Origin: Candidatus Saccharimonadota bacterium
Lineage (GTDB): Bacteria > Patescibacteriota > Gracilibacteria > BD1-5 > UBA6164
Assembly (NCBI GenBank): GCA_965229705.1
Contig: OZ245922.1
Coordinates: 750,001-782,000 of the forward strand
Direction: 5' to 3'
Length of the DNA stretch: 32,000 nt
The position numbers and the translations under genes were made by a program. Shown here piece by piece: positions 23,217 to 30,615 of this stretch; the stretch's first letter is position 1; each line of letters opens with the position of its first letter. The notes beneath the pieces were generated by a model. It made no database searches. It saw only the letters and a list, made by a program, of their open reading frames with translations, and had not been told where the DNA came from.

Positions 23217-23271
23217 TTTTTTAAAGCGAAAAAATCATATTTTTTCGGTATTTATACCTAAAATGCTCTCT

Positions 23272-23481
23272 TTATTCATACTGTATGCTTATAACATAAT
23301 TCATAAATTCTTGGAAAATATACGCCTCTTCATAGTCTTTTCCCTTTGAGGTAATAGTAATAAGAAATGTTCCTTCAGAAGAAGTAACAACAATATCAGC
23401 AATATCTTTATAGGCCTCTTTAGCACTTTCAAGAGCGTATTTTCAGTATATTTCTGAAGAAATTGAAAAAGAAGGTGTCAT
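23272..23481 (-). CDS. small protein, 69 aa, resembling the N-terminal half of the adjacent HxsD-like protein
   Basis: From the ATG at 23479-23481 to the TAA at 23272-23274: MTPSFSISSEIYGKYALESAKEAYKDIADIVVTSSEGTFLITITSKGKDYEEAYIFQEFMNYVISIQYE. The pattern is the same as residues 1-80 of the upstream gene (I..S.EIY...I..A.Y, a beta-rich middle, then EEIF..Y.N). Confidence 0.5.
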
Positions 23482-23487
23482 ATTTTT

Positions 23488-24045
23488 TTATTGAGTTTTA
23501 AACTTTTCTTTCATATCTTTCATCCCTTGAAGGTTTGCGGTAATTTTTGGCTTTTGTATACTTTTCTCTTCTATCTCCTTAAGTACTGACTCTATTTGCT
23601 TCGTATCTATATGGAGTTCTCTATCTTCTTCTATTTCTTTGAGTATATCATCTATATCTCTATCAAAATTGATGCTGTTATGAGCATTCTCATTTTGATC
23701 GCTATCATACGATACAAAGTGCTCTTGATCAAGAGGTCCTGTGAGAGCCTTATGAATAATGGTTTCTCGAATTTTTTGATTATCTTTTTCAAGTCTGTCT
23801 CGGAGATATGTGTCCAAAAGTTGATTGCTATATCTTCCAAAAATCTCCTCAATATCTGTTTCTACTCCATCTTTGAGGCTGATACTGAGAACAAGTCTCT
23901 TATCTGCGTCATAGTGAAAGAAAAAATATCCTATATCAAGGAGGTTATATGCCGCCTTAAAAATAATATCTTGAGCATAAATACTGGTATCAAGTATGAG
24001 TTCTCATTTTTTTCACTCGGCTTTTATAGAAAAAAAATCATCCAT
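23488..24045 (-). CDS. hxsD: HxsD-like protein (LLNDYxLRE-motif family), 185 aa
   Basis: From the ATG at 24043-24045 to the TAA at 23488-23490, extending track ORF 23488..23817 upstream through 2 TGA codons. It contains YSNQLLDTYLRDRLEKDNQKIRETIIHKAL, which fits the xLxDxxLR[DE] core of the HxsD signature, and it is the first gene of the hxs operon. The C-terminus is an acidic, coiled-coil-like tail. Confidence 0.65.
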
Positions 24046-24084
24046 AGTTGTTGTATATAATTTTATCTAAAGTGATTGAGAGGG

Positions 24085-24112
24085 AGTATATGATGATATG
24101 AATGAAAATCAA
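24085..24112 (-). promoter_or_regulatory. possible promoter of the hxsD-hxsB-hxsA operon
   Basis: On the minus strand: TTGATT (24107-24112), a 16-nt spacer, then TATACT (24085-24090), about 40 nt upstream of the ATG at 24045. Supported by motif match only. Confidence 0.3.
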
Positions 24113-24121
24113 TCCTAAAAA

Positions 24122-24227
24122 CCTCAAAGAACCTTTGAGAAACTCCTTTTTTCTTCTTTTTCAAAGGAGAGATGGCTCGCTAGAGCCAGAGTGGATTGGT
24201 GACTTTTTGTTTTTCAGAGCTTGCTTA
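24122..24227 (+). repeat. copy 4 of the ~105-bp element
   Basis: CTCAAAGAACCTTTGAGAAACTCCTTTTTTCTTCTTTTTCAAAGGAGAGATGGCTCGCTAGAGCCAGAGTGGATTGGTGACTTTTTGTTTTTCAGAGCTTGCTTAA. It sits between divergent gene starts. The second small hairpin is GGCTC-gcta-GAGCC. Confidence 0.75.
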
Positions 24228-24305
24228 ACTATTATATCCCTTTATATATTTATCCCTAAAGTGTACCCAGTTTACTCCCATCTCTATATTTTTTGAATTT
24301 TTTAT

Positions 24306-24334
24306 TTGACATACATTATAAAGTGATTATATAT
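24306..24334 (+). promoter_or_regulatory. putative sigma70-type promoter for the lipoprotein gene at 24372
   Basis: TTGACA at 24306-24311, a 17-nt spacer, then ATATAT at 24329-24334. It is embedded in the duplicated block 24254-24311, which is about 88% identical by eye to 20541-20599. Confidence 0.45.
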
Positions 24335-24371
24335 CATAATACGAAATAAAAACAAAGTCATAGGAGTTCTC

Positions 24372-24734
24372 ATGTTTAGATTATTTTGGGTCTTAGCCAG
24401 TTCTTCTCTTTTTTTTTCTGCTTGCGACATTTCGCAAGCAACAAAAAAAGAAAGTAATGTATTCAGCGCTATCGCGCCGAGATACAAAGATTTTTCTGGA
24501 GTCGACCACAAAAATATTCTTTGTGCCAATCCCGAAACCTATCGTACGGTAGGTCGAATGAAAACGGTTAAGCAAGTTCAGCGTTATTACGCTGAACTCG
24601 GATTCACAGGAGATATCCCTCGTGACAGCCCTTATGGGGCTGCAATTACTGCACTGCAAGGCACCAGCTTCACAATGCAAAAGGAAAAAGAGGAAGCATA
24701 TTGCTTCCATCAAGAGGACACAGGAGAGCTATAA
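24372..24734 (+). CDS. small lipoprotein, 120 aa, unknown function
   Basis: The track ORF is intact with no TGA. MFRLFWVLASSSLFFSAC is a signal peptide with a lipobox Cys. An SD-like TAGGAG lies 6 nt upstream of the ATG, and a strong terminator follows. Confidence 0.75.
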   Translation: MFRLFWVLASSSLFFSACDISQATKKESNVFSAIAPRYKDFSGVDHKNILCANPETYRTVGRMKTVKQVQRYYAELGFTGDIPRDSPYGAAITALQGTSFTMQKEKEEAYCFHQEDTGEL

Positions 24735-24765
24735 CTTGTCATTCCTAGTATCTCCCACACACATA

Positions 24766-24796
24766 ACAAGGCGCCCGTAGGCGCCTTGTTTCTTTG
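24766..24796 (+). terminator. rho-independent terminator
   Basis: A 10-bp GC-rich stem ACAAGGCGCC-cgta-GGCGCCTTGT is followed by TTCTTTG. Confidence 0.8.
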
Positions 24797-24814
24797 TATT
24801 CACTCCATTTTTAT

Positions 24815-24842
24815 TTGACAAACTCCCAGCTTTTTATAACAT
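24815..24842 (+). promoter_or_regulatory. possible rpsF operon promoter
   Basis: TTTTATTTGACA with TTGACA at 24815-24820. The -10 is weak or ambiguous (TAACAT at 16-nt spacing, or TATAAC at 14 nt). Confidence 0.3.
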
Positions 24843-24921
24843 TTTCCTGCTTTGAAAAACAAGCATTTTTATATCCTTCTACCGTGACTTTCAAAGACTG
24901 GTAGATAGTAACCATAGGATT

Positions 24922-25209
24922 ATGACTCAATATGAACTTATGATGATTCTCGACCCTGCTGTAGGAGAAAAAGAAAGAGCAGCAAGCGTTCAGAATGTCG
25001 AAACACTCCTCAAGAACGCAAAAGCAAAAGGAGTGAAAAAAGATGAGTGGGGTGAAAAAAAGCTCGCTTATAAAATAAAAGGCTCGCAAACAGGATACTA
25101 TATCTTGTGGTCTCTTGAGCTTGAAGGTACAGCTATCAAGAAAATGAATAATGAACTAAACCTTGATGGAAATATTTGGAGATACATGTTTGTTAATTTA
25201 GATGACTAA
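24922..25209 (+). CDS. rpsF: 30S ribosomal protein S6
   Basis: Intact ORF: MTQYELMMILDP...EWGEKKLAYKIKG...GYYILW. These are typical S6 motifs, and the gene lies in the rpsF-ssb-rpsR arrangement. Confidence 0.95.
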   Translation: MTQYELMMILDPAVGEKERAASVQNVETLLKNAKAKGVKKDEWGEKKLAYKIKGSQTGYYILWSLELEGTAIKKMNNELNLDGNIWRYMFVNLDD

Positions 25210-25218
25210 TACTATACT

Positions 25219-25629
25219 ATGAGAACGATAAATAAAGTAATCTTGATCGGAAATATTACCCGAGATCCTCTTATCAAAACAACCGAATGAGGAAAAAAAA
25301 TGGCAATGTTTACTACCGCAACAAATAGATATTATAAAACCTCTGATGGAGAAAATAAGTCTGAAGCAGAGTTTCATAACTGTGTCGCGTGGGGAACTCT
25401 TGCTGAAAGAGCTGAGCAGTTTCTCACAAAAGGAAAACTCGTTTATATAGAATGAAGACTCAAAACACGAGTCATAGAAAAAGAGGATGGAGAAAAAAAC
25501 TACAAAACCGAAGTCGTGGTAGCAAATATCATCTTCCTCAATAAAAAAGGCGACTTTGATGACAGTACATCAGAATCTCCCGAAACCCTCGATGCTCTTG
25601 AAAGTATTGATGACGATGATATGTTTTAA
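25219..25629 (+). CDS. ssb: single-stranded DNA-binding protein, 136 aa
   Basis: MRTINKVILIGNITRDPLIKTTE-G-GKKMAMFTTATNR...[32 protein letters not shown]...DDDDMF. The two in-frame TGA codons (25288-25290, 25453-25455) fall at conserved Gly positions. The acidic C-terminal tip is typical of SSB. Confidence 0.95.
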
Positions 25630-25650
25630 ACTCAACAAATACTCATATCC

Positions 25651-25713
25651 ACTTTCTACTTTTAACTTTCGAACTTTTCCCTTTCAACTTTCAACTTTCT
25701 ACTTTTAACTTTC
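25651..25713 (+). repeat. pyrimidine-rich direct repeats in the ssb-rpsR spacer
   Basis: ACTTTCTACTTTTAACTTTC occurs at 25651-25670 and again at 25694-25713, with CTTTCAACTTTCAACTTTC between them. Confidence 0.7.
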
Positions 25714-25740
25714 CCCTTTTACCTTTATAACACCCTTACT

Positions 25741-25962
25741 ATGAACCAAGAAAAAACTTGTCCACTTGACGGACAAAACATTGACTATAAAAATGTTGAA
25801 CTTCTCAAAAAATACCTTACAAAATTTGGAAAAATCATCCCAAGATACTACACTTGAGTATCTCTGAAAAACCAAAAGAAACTGGCAAAAGCTATCAAAA
25901 GAGCAAGAATCATGGCTCTTATCCCTTTTGTAAAAAGATTTGATCCAAACTTTGGAGCATAA
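25741..25962 (+). CDS. rpsR: 30S ribosomal protein S18, 73 aa
   Basis: [39 protein letters not shown](TGA 25855-25857)-VSLKNQKKLAKAIKRARIMALIPF. These are canonical S18 motifs. Confidence 0.95.
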
Positions 25963-25981
25963 ATATACTACTAATAAGCAT

Positions 25982-26434
25982 ATGAAACCATACTCTGTAC
26001 ACCTCGAAGACATACTCACAAAATTTCTTGTAGGGTTCTCTAGTGGTTTTTTTTCAGCATTTTTGATTGGAGGTATTCTCTTCTTTGCTGATGCTTTTCC
26101 CAGGATTGTAGAAAAGTTTTGAGCAAAAAATGAGTTTGTTGCCTTTTCTATTCATATGCTGGCAGGAATTATCATGGCAACTATTTTTTCGTTCCTATTT
26201 TATAGGAAAATTACATCATATACCATGAGCGTTGTATATGCTTCTATTTTTTCTCTTGTTTTCTGGTTATTTGCAACCGTTATTGTGAAACCATTAAAGT
26301 TTGGAGGAACTTTTCAAGAAGCTCTTTTAACCGTGTTTCAAAACCTCAATATCTTTTTCTGACATATTCTCTTCGGGATACTTTTAGGATTTGCTTTCTA
26401 TTATCTCAAAGGAATTATTAGGCTGAAAAAGTAA
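25982..26434 (+). CDS. hypothetical small membrane protein, 150 aa (about 4 TM helices)
   Basis: From the ATG at 25982 to the TAA at 26432-26434, joining track ORFs 25940..26122 and 26156..26362 through TGA codons at 26120-26122 and 26360-26362. Hydrophobic helices are visible (FLVGFSSGFFSAFLIGGILFF, MLAGIIMATIFSFLFY, and others). Confidence 0.65.
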
Positions 26435-26436
26435 CT

Positions 26437-26526
26437 TTAAGGAACCTCTGAGAAAGTCCTTTTTTCTCTCCTTTTACAAAGGAGAGATGACTCTGTAGAG
26501 CCAGAGTGGATTGGAAGATGGTTAAG
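26437..26526 (+). repeat. copy 5 of the ~105-bp element (right arm shortened)
   Basis: TTAAGGAACCTCTGAGAAAGTCCTTTTTTCTCTCCTTTTACAAAGGAGAGATGACTCTGTAGAGCCAGAGTGGATTGGAAGATGGTTAAG. It begins 3 nt after the stop of the preceding gene and lies between convergent gene ends. Confidence 0.75.
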
Positions 26527-26593
26527 TATTCAATTCACTTTCCAATTTTTTATGAGAATTTGGATTCATTTCTGTGTACTATTATTAGGTATT

Positions 26594-27190
26594 TTATTTT
26601 ACACAAGCAGCTATGTCATCTATTTTCAGAGCATGATATTGAGGTCCTATTCCCTCACATCTGCGAACTTCGATATTTAAATCATGATTCTCAATCAAGT
26701 GCGGTGCTATGAGTTTATCTCTTTCACAGTAAAGGAGTACTCCTGATACTCATGTTTTTAGCGCAGAGATATTGCTCTCAAGTCCATATTTGTCTTGAAA
26801 TATATCATCTACATCAACTCATACATCAAGATTCTTTACTGCTTCACAAGCTCATTTTTTTACCACTTCTGTATCTTGAGTATCTGCAATTCATAGCCAC
26901 ATTTTTACGGTTTTTTCTGGAGATAATACGGGAGATATGAGTATTACTTTCCCCTGATGTCATGTATCACGACACCACTTGAGTCATGCAGGAGTTGATA
27001 AACTGTTGAGAAAAAGTCTCTGCAGTTCTTGCTGCTAGGATATTTCACATAACTCATCATAAATATTTGTCAGACTATATACAGCATCTCGAACACCATC
27101 TATGACCGTAAGAGGTTCTCCTATCTGCGCTTGAAGATCACGAGCAAACTCTCCTGTCGACATAAAACCTGTAAGATATACATTTCGCAT
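26594..27190 (-). pseudogene. hypothetical gene interrupted by an in-frame TAG (a 51-codon N-terminal part plus a 146-codon C-terminal part); either a pseudogene or two genes
   Basis: The ATG at 27188-27190 opens MRNVYLTGFMSTGEFARDLQAQIGEPLTVIDGVRDAVYSLTNIYDELCEIS, followed by TAG (27035-27037). The same frame then continues open to the TAA at 26594-26596, with TGA codons as sense (QQELQRLFLNS...GKVILISPVLSPEK...IAACVK). I recognised no family with confidence. Confidence 0.4.
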
Positions 27191-27256
27191 TTGATAGTAT
27201 TACTTAAAATATTTATTGGTATTTTATATGAAAGTCAATATTTGCAAAAATTTTAT

Positions 27257-27284
27257 TTGATTTTGCACTTTTTCGCCCTATAAT
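27257..27284 (+). promoter_or_regulatory. putative typA promoter
   Basis: TTGATT at 27257-27262, a 16-nt spacer, then a perfect TATAAT at 27279-27284, about 40 nt upstream of the ATG at 27325. It has the same TTTTATTTGA upstream context as the other promoters. Confidence 0.55.
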
Positions 27285-27324
27285 CCTCGCATTTTAGAGA
27301 AAAACTACTTTATTATATATACTT

Positions 27325-29127
27325 ATGTCATTTCGAAATATCGCGATTATCGCACACGTAGACCATGGAAAAACTACTCTTGTCGACGAACTCTTAAAAG
27401 CTGCTGATGGCTTTGATACGCGTATTGGTATCGAGGAGCGCGCTATGGATCACAATGCTCAAGAACAAGAAAGAGGAATTACTATTTACTCAAAAAACAC
27501 CTCTATCAGGTACAAAGGTGATAAAATCAATATTGTGGATACTCCAGGTCATGCCGATTTTGGAAGTGAGGTAGAACGAGTACTCAGAACCGTAGATAGT
27601 GTATGTCTTGTAGTTGACGCCTATGAAGGTCCAATGCCCCAAACAAAGTTTGTCCTCAAAAAATCTCTCGAACTCGGTCTCAAACCTATTGTGGTCATCA
27701 ATAAAATGGATAAACCCAGTGCCAGATCTTCATGGGTGGTAGACCAACTTTTTGACCTCTTTGTCCAACTTGGAGCACAAGACGAACAACTTGAAAATCT
27801 TTACTCTCCTGTATATGCGGTTGCTCGTGATGGTCTTGCATGGACCGATGAAAATGATAACAGAGAAAATATTACTCCTCTTTTAGATTATATTATCTCC
27901 ACTGTTCCCGAAGCTCCAAATGATTCACATGCTCCATTTAAAATGCAGATCGCAAATCTGGGGTATGACAATTTTCTTGGTCGTCTCGGTGTTGGTCGTG
28001 TGTACGAAGGTGTTGTAAAACAAGGCCAAGATGTATGGGTTGCTGATAATGATGGAAAGAAAAGGAAAGGGAAAATCACCGAAATACTCACAAACGAAGG
28101 ACTCGAGAAAGTAAAAGTTCCAGAAGCTGAAGCTGGAGATATCGTAACTATTGCCGGAATTGCTGATATATTTGTTGGAGAAACTGTATCAACAAGTGAA
28201 GATGCGGAGGCTCTCCCTGCTATCACTATTGATGCGCCCACTCTCAAGATGGATTTTCTCGTCAATAACTCTCCTTTTGCTGGAAGAGAAGGAAAATTTG
28301 TAACCAGTAGACAAATACGAGAAAGGCTTGAAAAGGAGCTGGAAACCAATGTTGGACTCAAGATTGATTTTGACTCAGGAGAAAACTATGAAGTTGCCGG
28401 TCGAGGAGAACTCCATCTCTCCGTCCTCATAGAAACGATGCGAAGAGAATGATTTGAACTACAGGTATGAGCTCCTGTTGTTATCATGCACGAAGAGGAA
28501 GGAATAAAGATGGAACCTATAGAAAATGTTGGTATATCTGTCTCATCATGATCTGAATGAGCTGTTATAGCAGAGCTTGGTAAACGAAAGGGGATGATGA
28601 GTCATATGGAAGAAGAAAATGGTGTTGTATCACTAGAATTCAAAGTGCCAACTCGAGGACTCCTTGGTTTTAAGTCAGAGTTTACTACTATGACTAAGGG
28701 TGAGGGACTTCTCTCAAGTAGCTTTGAATGTTTTGAAGAATATAAAGGACCCATCGAAAAAAGGAATGTATGATCTATGATCTCTATGGAAAATGGTACA
28801 GCTATGGCGTACTCACTCTTTAATCTTCAAGAAAGAGGAACAATATTTATCACTCCTCAAACAGAGCTATATGAGGGAATGATTATTGGTGAATCGAGTA
28901 AAGATCAAGATCTCACGGTCAATGCCACAAAAAATAAAAAATTGACGAATGTTCGTGCAAGTGGAACTGATGAAGCTCTCAAGCTTACTCCTCCAAAGAT
29001 TATGAGTCTCGAAGAAGCGATTGATTACATCTCTTCTGATGAATATGTGGAAATAACTCCTGAAAATATTCGTCTGCGAAAAAAATGGCTCAAAGAACAT
29101 GAGAGAAAAAAACATAAGAATGGATAA
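27325..29127 (+). CDS. typA: translational GTPase TypA/BipA, 600 aa
   Basis: Track ORFs 27325..28452 and 28777..29127 are in the same frame and are joined by 5 in-frame TGA codons. Motifs: [18 protein letters not shown], ...[16 protein letters not shown](28450-28452)-FEL..., and C-terminal [14 protein letters not shown]. The sequence is colinear with BipA over its full length. Confidence 0.95.
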
Positions 29128-29130
29128 AAT

Positions 29131-29164
29131 AAAAACTCTTGGACTTCCAAGAGTTTTTATTTTA
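29131..29164 (+). terminator. rho-independent terminator (possibly serving both convergent units)
   Basis: AAAAACTCTTGGA-cttc-CAAGAGTTTTT followed by ATTTT. A- and T-runs flank the stem on both sides. Confidence 0.75.
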
Positions 29165-29183
29165 CAAGATTAAAGATTAATAT

Positions 29184-29723
29184 TTATACTCTATACACAT
29201 AAAAATACTTATTATCCCTCACATGAATCTTTTCATAATAATCTACTCCCGGTACTTCAAAAGAGCTGGAATACAATAAAGTTCCCGAACGACATTCTCG
29301 ACAAACCTTATTATGTACTCGTTTCATATGAAATGGAAGCAGATAGCAATATACAACATCTGCCTCTGAAATATCGGTAGAAAAAAAATTTGCTCTTCGA
29401 ATATCATAAGAAACATCTGACTCTTTTTGTCTTCTTTTTGCAAGAAAATAGGGATGAAAAGAGTTTTCTATTCAGATACATGTAACTGCTGGAAAGTGCT
29501 TTTTTACTGCTTCTACCACTTTTCCATCACCACATCCGATATCATAAAAAATACTTCCCGAACGCAGTTTGAGAGACTCACAGAGCTTTGTGATTTTGTA
29601 ATCTGGAGTAGGGACATAGGGGACACCGTATCAAAATATTACTGGAAGTAATACTTGAATAGTAAACAAGAATAGGAGTACAAGAACAATAAAACAGGCA
29701 AGAAAAATAGCAATAAAAAGCAT
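29184..29723 (-). CDS. class I SAM-dependent methyltransferase with an N-terminal TM helix, 179 aa
   Basis: From the ATG at 29721-29723 to the TAA at 29184-29186, with 2 in-frame TGA codons. MLFIAIFLACFIVLVLLFLF is followed by ...IFYDIGCGDGKVV (motif I) ...DVVYCYLLP. Confidence 0.8.
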
Positions 29724-30535
29724 TAGAGATCAAACTGTGATGTAATATTATTCATAAATGTTGTATCATCTTGCTCTCGTCTTTGTTGCTCATACATCTC
29801 AGCATCAGCTCATACAATATATCGCAATGTATCAGTTCCATCTGTTGCTGCCTCATATATTTTTTCTGCTACAAGTGATGCAGGTGAAGCAACTTCAAGG
29901 ATTCATCACATAGCATTCATCAATTTTCCAAAAATATTTTGATACTCTGTGAGTGACTCATCGTTTTGCATATCAAAAGAACGTGTAGCAAAGTCTGTGA
30001 TGATTGCCCCTGGTTCAATAATCTTTACTTTTCCTCCAAACTCTGCAAGTTCATATGAGAGTGATTCTGATATTCCTTCTACAGCAAATTTTGTTCCATG
30101 ATAGAGGGATACTAAAGGAAAGGTCATCTTTCCTCCTATCGAAGAAACATTCATAAGTATTCCTGACTTATTATCTCGAAAGTGTGGAAGAAAAGTCTTT
30201 GTTACTTCTAAAAGTCCTATGACATTTACCTCAAACTGACGACGAATAGCATCCATAGAAAAAGCCTCAACAGGACCAGCAGTTCCATATCCTGCGTTAT
30301 TGAGGAGCACATCTACGATTCCAAACCTTTCTATTGCTGACTGATATGCTGACTGAATACTTGCGGAGTCTTGTACATCAAGTCGCGTTACAAGAACATT
30401 ATCAAGATCTGTAAGCTCTGTTTCTTTCTCTGGACTTCTCATGCTGGCAACAACATTCCACCCTTTTTCGTGAAATAATTTTGCTGTTGCTTTTCCGATA
30501 CCACTACTTGATCCCGTAATAAAAATAGTTTTCAT
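29723..30535 (-). CDS. short-chain dehydrogenase/reductase (classical SDR), 270 aa
   Basis: Track ORF 29906..30535 extends through TGA TGA at 29903-29908 to the TAA at 29723-29725. Motifs: TGSSSGIGKA, NNAG, S...YHGTK. The stop overlaps the methyltransferase start (TAATG). Confidence 0.9.
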
Positions 30536-30615
30536 AATAAAAAGAATAAAAAATAAAATATTCTACATAGCAGTATACAGATATATGAACAGAGCTAAAA
30601 TAAATTGTAGCTATT

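Noticed and set aside
22707-24060. Plus-strand ORFs 22707..23165 (152 aa) and 23596..24060 (154 aa)
   Set aside because: They are antisense to the HxsB-like and HxsD-like genes. Their Ile/Phe/Cys-rich composition has no motifs, whereas the minus-strand frames carry clear rSAM and HxsD signatures.
25962-26434. Expecting rplI (L9) or priB after rpsF-ssb-rpsR
   Set aside because: The downstream ORF is a hydrophobic, four-helix membrane protein with no L9 or PriB motifs. The absence is ordinary variation, so I did not report it as a finding.
27888-28361. 157-aa minus-strand ORF inside typA
   Set aside because: It is antisense to an unambiguous, full-length BipA gene. Its Ser/Pro/Thr-rich low-complexity translation is typical of a shadow ORF.
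25219-29127. UGA read as Trp (table 4, Mycoplasma-like) as an alternative reassignment
   Set aside because: The TGA positions in BipA (REGFEL), SSB (EGRL), S18 (TG), the rSAM GGE motifs and the lipobox (LATGC) are Gly positions, not Trp. The HGS repeat alternates TGA with GGN codons. TGG is also used separately for Trp.
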